Source: Vibrio vulnificus CMCP6
GTDB lineage: Bacteria > Pseudomonadota > Gammaproteobacteria > Enterobacterales > Vibrionaceae
Direction: 5' to 3'
Length of the DNA: 32,000 nucleotides
NCBI RefSeq assembly: GCF_000039765.1
Contig: NC_004460.2
Location: 480,001-512,000 of the forward strand
Part shown: positions 1 through 8,377 of the stretch, in pieces
How positions within the stretch are numbered: the stretch's first letter is position 1
Layout: every line of letters begins with the position of its first letter
Program-made: the position numbers and the translations under genes
Notes under the pieces: model-generated
The model's input: the letters and a program-made list of their open reading frames with translations, nothing else
Told to the model about the DNA's origin: nothing
The model's database searches: none

Positions 1-802
1 TCATTAACTGACTAAAGGTCTGATCGGATTTTTCGTTTAGGCTATAACTTAAGTACATGTACACACTGACTAACACAGCCGCGGTAATTGATAAAACAAC
101 CCACAATGGTGCTTTTTCTGCGATCTGCTCACCAACCAATACTTTGGCTAACGCATCATCGTTGAGTGAAGGACTGTAGTCCCGACCGTGCGATTTAAGG
201 ACATCCATTACGCGGTTTTTTAAGGAACGATGTTGCTCGATTCCATTTTCTCGAACTCGAAATTGCCCCAAAAAACCTAAGCTCATGCAGATATACATGA
301 CTTCTAGCAGATCTAAGTGCTTATTGGGTTCGGCAAGACTTTCATCGAGATGTATGAAGAACTGCTCACCGCCTTGAGTGTTGGAATAGAATGTCGACAA
401 TAACGAGTTGTGTCCCCAAACGGATTGACTTCCCCATTCGGTATTTAGGACGGCTTCATCGATAGCACAACATAAACAGTAGCGTGCGATATCGATCTGC
501 TTACTATTTGCGCCTTGTAATCTCAACCGGTTTTCATAGTCACGCATTTTTTGCACAAATGCTTCACGTAACTGTTTGACATCACTGTGCGTGGCCGTCG
601 CTCTAATTTGGCCAAGCAAGGAAACAATGACATTCGCTTCTGCCAGCAGTACGTTATTGCCAAACGCGACGATACTCGTTTCACGCGTTTCTTTACTATT
701 TTGCGTAAAGAGAACCGTGTTATCGCTTTCAAGCGATGCAACAGGTGTCGACTGCGGTGCTTTTTTACGCCCAGGGGTTGGTTTTACAATCGTTTCGTCC
801 AT
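1..802 (-). CDS. tssL: T6SS membrane subunit TssL (DotU family); 3' end runs off the window
   Basis: Absent from the ORF track because no stop lies in the window. I read the minus-strand frame from the ATG (complement of 800-802) down to position 2 and found no in-frame stop (267 codons). The translation MDETIVKPTPGRKK...ARYCLCCAIDEAVLNTEWG...GGEQFFIHLDE...DLLEVMYICMSLGFLGQFR shows the DotU/TssL cytoplasmic pattern, followed by one hydrophobic helix (PLWVVLSITAAVLVSVYMYL). It starts 8 nt after the tssK stop. Confidence 0.85.
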   Translation of the reverse strand, partial: MDETIVKPTPGRKKAPQSTPVASLESDNTVLFTQNSKETRETSIVAFGNNVLLAEANVIVSLLGQIRATATHSDVKQLREAFVQKMRDYENRLRLQGANSKQIDIARYCLCCAIDEAVLNTEWGSQSVWGHNSLLSTFYSNTQGGEQFFIHLDESLAEPNKHLDLLEVMYICMSLGFLGQFRVRENGIEQHRSLKNRVMDVLKSHGRDYSPSLNDDALAKVLVGEQIAEKAPLWVVLSITAAVLVSVYMYLSYSLNEKSDQTFSQLM

Positions 803-810
803 AGCTTCAC

Positions 811-2133
811 TTATTGGTTAATACTCCAAAGCTCCATTTCTAACCCTGGGTAATTACCAGAGACATGAAATGCCATTCCCCCGCTTTCATTTAAACGAGC
901 CCAATAAGCGCCTTGTTTAACCAGCTCAAAATAGACGTAGCCTGCTGCGTAAGGCATCTGTCTTGGCACCACATTCAGTGGCGAAACGGCAATACCGTTG
1001 ATCTGATTATTGATAAGGTCGCGAATATTCTCTGCGGGTCCAACTTTGATTTGTCCTGGTAACTTTTTTCTAATTTCATCGGCAGAGACATCGGCTTTAA
1101 CGGCCAATACAAACTGACAAAGTGAAAGCAAACTTTTATCTGGTAATGGCGTAACGCGAATCCCAAACTGGCGAATATCCAAGGGCATCTTGGTCGCAGT
1201 TTGCTCCAATACCACACTCAGATATTGACTGAGGATTTGATTCATCTCAGAAAAGACAGGCCCCAAATTACTGTGTTGGTATTCGGGAAGCTTAGGGACT
1301 CGCTTATTTTTACTCGAAAAAGTGGACAGCTCACCAATTAAGCTCAATAAGGCCGTCGCTAACTCATGTGGATGAAGCTCACTCCCTTTCGATAAATGTC
1401 TTAAATTAGCCTCATAACGATTCAGCATCTGTAGCATAATGAAATCTACTGCAGAGGAAGACGCTGACTTGCCTTGTCCGAGACGACTTGCAATGGCGTC
1501 TGCCCTAATTTTGATCATGGCTAAAACGTTATTCAGATAACGAGTAAGCAGCGAACTATGGTGGACATTAAGGAAAGGTGGTACGAACTCTTCATCAAGA
1601 ATGACTTGACCTTCGCTACCAACATGACGAATTTTCACCAGAGGCAAAGAGACATAGCCCGGCAAATTGTCATTGGTTGCCTTTAACTCGCACTTAAGCG
1701 CCGCGAGTTGAAGTACTTCTTCATCACCAGACACGCTATCGGTTAAGGTGTGATCAACCACCTTATAGCGCGTTACCATTGAAGTCTCGGAATGGGAAAC
1801 GTTTTGGCCTTGGGATTTTTCTGCAGGTATCACAAGCTGAACCAAAGTATTTTCAATCCCTGGCTCAATTTTGAGTGGCTCAGGAAGCTGCTCGTTAATA
1901 GGTATGTTAACGAATGTCATATCGGAGAAAATTCCAACACACTCAGTTAGCGATACAACCCCTTCTTTCAACTGTTCTTTGTCGAGAGAAAACGATTCAA
2001 TTCCTCGGGCATAACAACCCACTAAACGCGTTAGACCTTTGTATTCATGAGACAACGCTCGCTCTTGTTGCTGAAAGTGTTGAGGACGCAGAAACATCCC
2101 TTCACTCCAAACAATCGGTGAATAAACACTCAT
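811..2133 (-). CDS. tssK: T6SS baseplate subunit TssK (ImpJ/VasE family)
   Basis: 440-aa ORF. The N-terminus MSVYSPIVWSEGMFLRPQHFQQQERA is the conserved TssK opening motif. It lies between tssJ and tssL, as in canonical clusters. Confidence 0.9.
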   Translation of the reverse strand: MSVYSPIVWSEGMFLRPQHFQQQERALSHEYKGLTRLVGCYARGIESFSLDKEQLKEGVVSLTECVGIFSDMTFVNIPINEQLPEPLKIEPGIENTLVQLVIPAEKSQGQNVSHSETSMVTRYKVVDHTLTDSVSGDEEVLQLAALKCELKATNDNLPGYVSLPLVKIRHVGSEGQVILDEEFVPPFLNVHHSSLLTRYLNNVLAMIKIRADAIASRLGQGKSASSSAVDFIMLQMLNRYEANLRHLSKGSELHPHELATALLSLIGELSTFSSKNKRVPKLPEYQHSNLGPVFSEMNQILSQYLSVVLEQTATKMPLDIRQFGIRVTPLPDKSLLSLCQFVLAVKADVSADEIRKKLPGQIKVGPAENIRDLINNQINGIAVSPLNVVPRQMPYAAGYVYFELVKQGAYWARLNESGGMAFHVSGNYPGLEMELWSINQ

Positions 2134-2156
2134 TTAATATCCTGCCAACGTTGTTA

Positions 2157-2612
2157 TTATTTTATAGCCAAAGACAATTCATCTAGTGAAAGCTCGTAGG
2201 TGTTATAGCCCTTGCGGTCGACCTTTATCACCTTGCGCCAATTTGCATTTTCGATGTCTCGATATGCCACTACAATGCCGATATATTCAACACTTGGTTT
2301 CATCGTAGATTCATAAAGTGTTTTTTGGCCTGGGGAGAGATACAATTCTGTTTTGTTCACCAGATCCGGGCCTAGCGTTTGGGCTGTATTTTCATATAGA
2401 GAGAAGAAGTCTTGACTCGTAAATAAGGTATCAGAAGTGAGTTCAAGGACATAAACTACGACAGGTGAAGGTCTGCCATTCATATCTGGATTGACATTGA
2501 ATCCCGTCTTTATTTCCAAATTTGAATAGGGAGAAACAACCATATTTGCCGCACTGCAACCCACTAATAAAAACACTATTATTGTGGTAATTATTTTTGC
2601 CATGGCTTTCAT
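2157..2612 (-). CDS. tssJ: T6SS outer-membrane lipoprotein TssJ (VasD family)
   Basis: 151-aa ORF with a signal peptide and lipobox (FLLVGC, Cys19). Its size and its position between tagH and tssK fit TssJ. Its ATG directly abuts the tagH stop (TAAATG). Confidence 0.8.
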   Translation of the reverse strand: MKAMAKIITTIIVFLLVGCSAANMVVSPYSNLEIKTGFNVNPDMNGRPSPVVVYVLELTSDTLFTSQDFFSLYENTAQTLGPDLVNKTELYLSPGQKTLYESTMKPSVEYIGIVVAYRDIENANWRKVIKVDRKGYNTYELSLDELSLAIK

Positions 2613-3830
2613 TTATTCTCTCCCTACTTTTCTTATTGCCGATTCATAAGATTTGGAAAAGTCTTCCAAATAAAACCCTTTCTCATCAATGTCAATTTCA
2701 TTTCTTATTTGAAAATAGATATTTTCATACTTCTTCCATCGTTTTTTATCGAGTTGCGAAAATATTGATGTCAATCCATTTTTTTCACTTTGAGACACAT
2801 GTCCAGATATGGTATTCGGCTCAAGCAGTCGTAACACCCCAGATACAGCACCATGAACACCTTCTATCATTGCTTTTTCATGAGCTTCTATATCATTGAA
2901 TGCAGATTGAATTGCAGCTTCCGGTGAAAGAAAACTCGCACTGCGTCTGTTATATAGATTGTGAATTGCATCTTCTAAATTCGCCGAAAACTTAAGAGGG
3001 TTATTTTCCTTTTTCTGAAAAGAGGTATGGTTTAATTTGTTCGCCTGTTTAAATTCCGCACGATTATGCAGTGTCTGCATCAGACCTTCTAACATAAGAG
3101 AATAAGAGCGACCTAATCGATTAAACCATTGCTCTCTTTCCTGTTCTGGAACTAAGCTTAAATCGATGCCAGCCCCCTTGAGAAAGGCATTCAAATCCGA
3201 GTCAACACGTTCACATCGCTTAGCCACTTTCTCATCACGAGGATAGTCGGTCGCTCTCTCTTCTTTCAAAGTCGGCTCTATGTGAGGGCTTAATATGGGA
3301 GCGTCAAGAAAGTCATCCAAATCACCTAGCTCTGGCGATAGATTTTGCTGCTGCTTTTCTTCTTCTGCCAAAAATAGGTTTGCGTCAAAACCAAAATCCA
3401 TAAAATTATCATTACCACTGACAGGCTCTTTATTTACTTCACGTGGTGACAGAGTATTGGTGTGGATTTGGCTTTGGGTTACGTTATGGTTTTCACTATT
3501 TTTAAACGATACTTCGATTTCATAATCTCCAAAATTAATCACATCTTTGTCATTTAAAGCCACCTCGACACCATTTCCTACTGGGCTGACTGACTTATTA
3601 ACAAAAATACCATTTGTAGAGAGATCTCTAAGTAGATAATCATTACCAAACTTAGTTATTTCACCATGAACACCAGAAATAATTCGTTCAGGATCAGGTA
3701 ATACCCAATCACAGCTCTCAGAGCGACCAAATTTCATACAAAAGTGTTCTTCATTGGTGGGTATTGAATACACACTTTTTATTTCTGGTGTAAAACGGTG
3801 GAAACTAGTAATCGAAAGCACTATTCCCAT
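2613..3830 (-). CDS. tagH: T6SS-associated FHA-domain protein TagH (Fha)
   Basis: FHA signature residues are present: FGRSESCDWVL...ISGVHGEI...STNGIFVN. The long C-terminal region is typical of TagH. The ORF is open back to 3917, but I place the start at the ATG at 3828-3830 (MGIVLSITSFHRFTPE). TagH proteins normally open directly with this beta-strand, and a GAGGA SD (complement of 3835-3839) sits 4 nt upstream. Confidence 0.85.
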   Translation of the reverse strand: MGIVLSITSFHRFTPEIKSVYSIPTNEEHFCMKFGRSESCDWVLPDPERIISGVHGEITKFGNDYLLRDLSTNGIFVNKSVSPVGNGVEVALNDKDVINFGDYEIEVSFKNSENHNVTQSQIHTNTLSPREVNKEPVSGNDNFMDFGFDANLFLAEEEKQQQNLSPELGDLDDFLDAPILSPHIEPTLKEERATDYPRDEKVAKRCERVDSDLNAFLKGAGIDLSLVPEQEREQWFNRLGRSYSLMLEGLMQTLHNRAEFKQANKLNHTSFQKKENNPLKFSANLEDAIHNLYNRRSASFLSPEAAIQSAFNDIEAHEKAMIEGVHGAVSGVLRLLEPNTISGHVSQSEKNGLTSIFSQLDKKRWKKYENIYFQIRNEIDIDEKGFYLEDFSKSYESAIRKVGRE

Positions 3831-4145
3831 AACATCCTCTAGCCACTTTATTAATAATGCATTTATCAACAAAACCCAAAATGTAAACTCGATTTTGTTT
3901 TCAGTATTAGAATGCACTACTACTTTAGATATATTTATTGCCTGCGATAATGAGCATTTTGCTGATTTAACACAAAGCCAAAATCATGCAACAAAACAAA
4001 TATAGAACACAGTTCAAACTTTTAGTGAGAACCGATGTTACAAAGAATTAGTCCCCTGTTAATTAGTACGAAAGCTTTTAATTCACAGCCAAATCAAACT
4101 TTTTTGAGTATATGATGTCACTCTTTACCGTTTTAGGGGTTGTAT

Positions 4146-6314
4146 ATGTTAGTTGATAATGAGAAGAAAAACACGCAAGAAGAGAAAAATGACAAGACTA
4201 AATTTATTGCGCGTTCACAAAAAATCGGTCCAGAAAAGAATGTAGAAAAAAGTAGAATAGAACCAGTTAGTGTTAAAGAAATAAATAAAGAAGACAGTAT
4301 TAACGACAAATCTCACACTAAAAGACCCGAATCAAAAACAGCTCACCCCTCAACAAGAACAGAGGTAAACACCACTGTGACGGGGGAAAACAATTCTCCC
4401 GGTTATCAAACTCTAGAGAAAGGCCATTTAGTTAAAAATCGTTACGTGATTGACAGCCTAATTGGGCATGGTGGCCTATGTGACGTCTACCGAGCCAAAG
4501 ATAAAGTTCTTGAATCATCGGGAGTTGCTAGCCCTTTTGTCGCACTCAAAGTATTGCAGCACGAATACATCGACCAACCAGAGACTGCGCGAATGCTTAT
4601 CCGAGAGGCGCAGCATACTCAAACCTTGAGCCACCCCAACATCATTCGTGTTTTTGATTTTGGCGTCGATAACAAAATTTATTTTATCGTGATGGAATAC
4701 TTAGATGGAGAGACCATCGAACAGTTGATTCAGCGTTCCAGACCCAATGGCTTGGCGTTTCCTAATGCCAAAGTCCTACTAAACCAAATACTCGATGCTC
4801 TGATATATGCTCATTCGCTTGATATCGTACACGCAGACCTGAAGCCCGCTAACATCATGATCGATTCAGCCGGTACGGTAAAATTGCTCGACTTTGGTGT
4901 GTCAAAAACTGAACGCCTCAAACAAGATCAGTACGCCGCCAAGCGTAAAGTCGATGATCATCAAGTATTGGGATATACACCAAATTATGCATCCCTCAAT
5001 ATTATTAGCGGTAATAAGCCGTGCAGACAGGACGATCTGTTTGCGTTTGCCTGCATCGCATACGAACTACTCTCTTGCAAGCATCCCTATAATCGAACCC
5101 CTATCGATTTGGCTAAGAAAAATGCGATTCCGCTAAAGAAACCCTCTGGTTTTCCAAATACCCTATGGCCCGATATTAAAACGATTCTCACCGACACCAG
5201 CGGTCAGTACAAGCTCAGTGCCGAGTCACTGAAACAGAGACTCAACCAAAAGAATCGCTCAAAATATGCGATAGCTGCATTGATTGTTTTCGGTTTATCC
5301 ACCTCTCTTGGTGTTGTGCATCACTTAAACTCGCAGATCGTGCAGTTGGAAGAAACCAATCGCCAATTGGCTCATTCGCTACAAACGCAACAACAGATCA
5401 TTAATAGCCAACCTGAGTCAGTCTTCGAACTTAGCGCATCCGATACCATCCATCCGGTTTTAAAAGCCGGATTACTGCGGCATCACAAGCAAACGCTTCT
5501 CGCGAAATTCGAGCAACAGATTGATGAAATTCTCAACCAAAGCAATAACGAGTATCCCGATTACGATCAAGTCGAATCTGTCCTGAAGCACGCGGCCATC
5601 TACTACCCAGATTCCCACAAGCTTGAATTACTCAACCTTGACATGCGCTCGAGCAAGCGTTCAACCTTGCTGTCAATTGAAAGACACATCAATTCTGTAC
5701 TCGAAAAAGGTCAATACGATGCTCAACAGGATGGGAAATCGATCGTTGATCTCAACAATGATTTAAATTCCATTCAAAAGAATTATCCACTCACTCCATC
5801 ATCACTGGCATTGGAAGTATTTGAGCAAAATCTTATTGACGCTATTGAGCAGCGTAACTCAATTGCACTCACAGAACTGCTGGCGATAGGCGCGACGTTT
5901 TTTAGTACTCATGAAGCTTCTCAGCAGAGATTGCTACATGCTAAGGAAGTGAATTCAGCCGTCATTGCCATGGAGAAGTGGAAACAAGCGGAAGAAAATG
6001 GGCAGCAGGCGGTATACCCCTATGATGCAGCGCAGGTTCTTTATGGGCACAAGTTTACCTCATTACATAAAAAGCTTGAAAACGCGACAACCGTTAACTC
6101 ACTCGATCAGTTGGTGGCCGATATCGATAACCTCGCCAAGGATTTCCCGCCAAATTTCCCAAACATCTCTGATCTGCGTTTTCAAACTGCCAACAAGTAC
6201 CTGAAGTTTTCAGATATGCTGCTGAGAAAACGCCAATCAGTCAGTGCACGAAACGCGATGAAAAAGGCAAACGAACTGCTGCAGCAAGTCGACAGTACCG
6301 ACTTTAGAGGCTAA
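4146..6314 (+). CDS. ppkA: Membrane-spanning Hanks-type Ser/Thr protein kinase, PpkA-like by context
   Basis: Kinase motifs are present: IGHGGLCDVY (Gly loop), FVALKVL (VAIK Lys), HADLKPANIM (catalytic loop) and LLDFGVS (DFG). One TM helix follows (YAIAALIVFGLSTSLGVV), then ~330 aa of C-terminal domain. The gene is divergent from tagH. The ORF track starts at TTG 4140; I prefer ATG 4146, which has AGGGG 6 nt upstream. Confidence 0.85.
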   Translation: MLVDNEKKNTQEEKNDKTKFIARSQKIGPEKNVEKSRIEPVSVKEINKEDSINDKSHTKRPESKTAHPSTRTEVNTTVTGENNSPGYQTLEKGHLVKNRYVIDSLIGHGGLCDVYRAKDKVLESSGVASPFVALKVLQHEYIDQPETARMLIREAQHTQTLSHPNIIRVFDFGVDNKIYFIVMEYLDGETIEQLIQRSRPNGLAFPNAKVLLNQILDALIYAHSLDIVHADLKPANIMIDSAGTVKLLDFGVSKTERLKQDQYAAKRKVDDHQVLGYTPNYASLNIISGNKPCRQDDLFAFACIAYELLSCKHPYNRTPIDLAKKNAIPLKKPSGFPNTLWPDIKTILTDTSGQYKLSAESLKQRLNQKNRSKYAIAALIVFGLSTSLGVVHHLNSQIVQLEETNRQLAHSLQTQQQIINSQPESVFELSASDTIHPVLKAGLLRHHKQTLLAKFEQQIDEILNQSNNEYPDYDQVESVLKHAAIYYPDSHKLELLNLDMRSSKRSTLLSIERHINSVLEKGQYDAQQDGKSIVDLNNDLNSIQKNYPLTPSSLALEVFEQNLIDAIEQRNSIALTELLAIGATFFSTHEASQQRLLHAKEVNSAVIAMEKWKQAEENGQQAVYPYDAAQVLYGHKFTSLHKKLENATTVNSLDQLVADIDNLAKDFPPNFPNISDLRFQTANKYLKFSDMLLRKRQSVSARNAMKKANELLQQVDSTDFRG

Positions 6315-6325
6315 GGTGCCGACAA

Positions 6326-6360
6326 AAAACGGCCAAAGCGTCACCCGCTTTGGCCGTTTT
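6326..6360. terminator. Bidirectional rho-independent terminator between ppkA and gst
   Basis: Perfect 15-nt arms AAAACGGCCAAAGCG (6326-6340) and CGCTTTGGCCGTTTT (6346-6360) flank the loop TCACC. The A-run and T-run serve both convergent genes. Confidence 0.75.
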
Positions 6361-6377
6361 AGTGTAGGTATACCGAA

Positions 6378-6995
6378 TTACAAAGGCTGGAATGCCGCTC
6401 TGTTGGAGACTTGCTCATACCACTTCTCAATGTGGCTGAATTGTTCAAAGACCGCAAGCTCAAGCCCTTTTACAGCAAACGTAACAAAAATGAACGCGGT
6501 GATATCGACAATCGTAAAGTGTTCTGTCGCAACATAAGGGCTTTCAGAAAGGCGCTTTTCCAATACTGGCAAAAATGCCTCAACACGTTTTTTAGATTCT
6601 ACGCCCCACGCTTCCACACACGTTTCTCTGTCTTGATATATTGCAGTAATATTGCGAAAAGCTTGGAATGCAGCGTAGAGACCTTGAAACTCGACAACAC
6701 GGTGCCACATTTCGACTTGCGCTTTTTCTAAAGCGTCACGCCCAAACAGCGCCATTTCATTCGGATGAATCTCATCAAAATAACGACAGATTGCCACACT
6801 TTCACACAGCGTTGTGCCATCGTCCAGTTCAAGCATCGGCACTTTACCATTGACGCTTTTCTGCAAAAATTCGGGGGTGAGGTTATCGCCCTCTCTTACG
6901 TTGAGCTGGACACGTTCAACACTTGCACCAATTTCAGCCAAAAATAGCGCTACTCGGCGACAACTAGGGGTCATTTCTGTTTCATACAGTTTCAT
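6378..6995 (-). CDS. Glutathione S-transferase family protein
   Basis: 205-aa ORF with a thioredoxin-like GST N-domain pattern (MKLYE...SCRRVALFLAEIG...EFLQKSVNGKVPMLELDDGTTLCESVAICRY) and a helical C-domain. Confidence 0.85.
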   Translation of the reverse strand: MKLYETEMTPSCRRVALFLAEIGASVERVQLNVREGDNLTPEFLQKSVNGKVPMLELDDGTTLCESVAICRYFDEIHPNEMALFGRDALEKAQVEMWHRVVEFQGLYAAFQAFRNITAIYQDRETCVEAWGVESKKRVEAFLPVLEKRLSESPYVATEHFTIVDITAFIFVTFAVKGLELAVFEQFSHIEKWYEQVSNRAAFQPL

Positions 6996-7095
6996 TTTTA
7001 GTCCTTTCTCTTTTTCAGAACGATCGTTTAGGTTAGAATGTACGTGTTTTCTAAACGTTCAGTCAAGAATAATTTTTATCCATTGAGGTTTTGTT

Positions 7096-7683
7096 ATGGC
7101 ACGAAAGGCAAATTTCAATCGAGACGATAAGCTACTAGAAGCTATGGATCTCTTCTGGAGGAAAGGCTACGCCAGCACCGCCATTTCAGATTTGGTTGAT
7201 GAGCTCAAAATAAATCGATTCAGTTTGTACAACACATTTGGTGATAAACAGCAGCTGTATTACGAAGCGCTTGAGATGTACTTAACATCGATCTCCTTTC
7301 CTTCTTTAGGTGATGTCAGTCAGCCAGGTGCGTCACTTGCTGAGCTTGAAGCTTTCTTAAATCATTTTGCTCAAATTCAAAGGGAAAGAAGCTGCGGTTG
7401 CTTTATGCAAAATGCGTTGATTGAGCACGCTGGTGATGACGATGAAGTACTACAGAAAGGCAACCGCCTGTTTGATCACCTGCTTGAAGTATTGACGAAC
7501 ACCATAGGCAATGGTCAAAAAAATCAACAAATTACAACCACCATTCCGGCAAGCGCTCTGGCAAAGTTGGTCCTTAACCAAATGCAAGGAATGCGCGTTA
7601 TGGGCAAAACGAAACGCTATGATGATTTAGAAATCGCACTGCAGACGCTGCTCGCACTCATCAAGTTGGAGCCACGTCAATGA
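7096..7683 (+). CDS. TetR/AcrR-family transcriptional regulator
   Basis: 195 aa with an N-terminal HTH typical of TetR (LLEAMDLFWRKGYASTAISDLVDELKINRFSLYNTFGDKQQLY). Divergent from gst. Confidence 0.85.
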   Translation: MARKANFNRDDKLLEAMDLFWRKGYASTAISDLVDELKINRFSLYNTFGDKQQLYYEALEMYLTSISFPSLGDVSQPGASLAELEAFLNHFAQIQRERSCGCFMQNALIEHAGDDDEVLQKGNRLFDHLLEVLTNTIGNGQKNQQITTTIPASALAKLVLNQMQGMRVMGKTKRYDDLEIALQTLLALIKLEPRQ

Positions 7684-8078
7684 GCATCAACGTCATCGCA
7701 AAACGTTTGGAATATGGTGCAGACTTAAAACGCGCGATTGCCAATATCGTGACAGAGCATAACATCACAGCGGGAAGTATAGCGGCCTGTACTGGCTGCC
7801 TAAGCGAAGTGAAACTGAGGTTGGCTGGCGCGCAAAGTGAATTCCAACAGAAAGCATGTTTTGAAATTGTCGCCATTACTGCCACCTTGACCCCTGAGCA
7901 TCAGCATGTTCATCTTGCTATTGCGGATGAACACGGTCGTGTGTACGGTGGACACCTACTCGAAGGTTGCCTCGTTGATACCACCGTTGAGGTGATTGTT
8001 CACGCATACCCTGCGTTGTATTTTGAGCGAGCTTGGGACGAAAAGACCGGTTACACCGAGCTTGTAATTAAGCAATAA
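7680..8078 (+). CDS. PPC (DUF296) domain protein, putative DNA-binding
   Basis: 132-aa ORF. Its ATG overlaps the tetR stop (ATGA at 7680-7683), implying translational coupling. The pattern GSIAACTGCLSEVKLRL...EIVAITATL...HVHLAIADEHGRVYGGHL resembles PPC/DUF296 proteins. Confidence 0.65.
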   Translation: MSINVIAKRLEYGADLKRAIANIVTEHNITAGSIAACTGCLSEVKLRLAGAQSEFQQKACFEIVAITATLTPEHQHVHLAIADEHGRVYGGHLLEGCLVDTTVEVIVHAYPALYFERAWDEKTGYTELVIKQ

Positions 8079-8081
8079 ACG

Positions 8082-8306
8082 TCAATCAAATTCGCGCTTG
8101 AGGGGTTTAACAGCACTATCCAATCCTTCAATTTTGAGCGCAAGACAGAGCTGCATTAACTCACCGAGTTCTCCTTGCGGGAACTCGTCTTTGCGTGCAA
8201 ACCAAAGTAAGTACTCTTCAGGCAAATCAATCAACACCCTTCCCGCATATTTCCCAAATGGCATTTGAATTCGCGCTAACTTGATGAGATTTTCTTTGGC
8301 AAGCAT
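8082..8306 (-). CDS. DUF3820-family small protein
   Basis: The core sequence IQMPFGKYAGRVLIDLPEEYLLWFARKDEFPQGELGELM is the DUF3820 pattern. The ORF is open to 8345. I prefer ATG 8304-8306 (MLAKENL...), which has an AAGGA SD 7 nt upstream. Confidence 0.6.
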   Translation of the reverse strand: MLAKENLIKLARIQMPFGKYAGRVLIDLPEEYLLWFARKDEFPQGELGELMQLCLALKIEGLDSAVKPLKREFD

Positions 8307-8377
8307 GTTCTGGTCCTTTAATTTATTGCGCGACAAGCTTACCATTAGCCGGCAATGACCACCAAGGACAGAAATTC

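Noticed and set aside
963-978. TGGCAC hexamer (sigma54 -24-like) at 963
   Set aside because: It lies inside tssK on the antisense strand. There is no GC dinucleotide at the required -12 spacing.
3831-3917. 29-codon N-terminal extension of tagH (MHSNTENKIEFTFWVLLINALLIKWLEDV...)
   Set aside because: The extension is AT-rich and hydrophobic, unlike TagH N-termini. The internal ATG at 3828-3830 has a GAGGA SD and yields the family-typical start. I treat it as untranslated leader.
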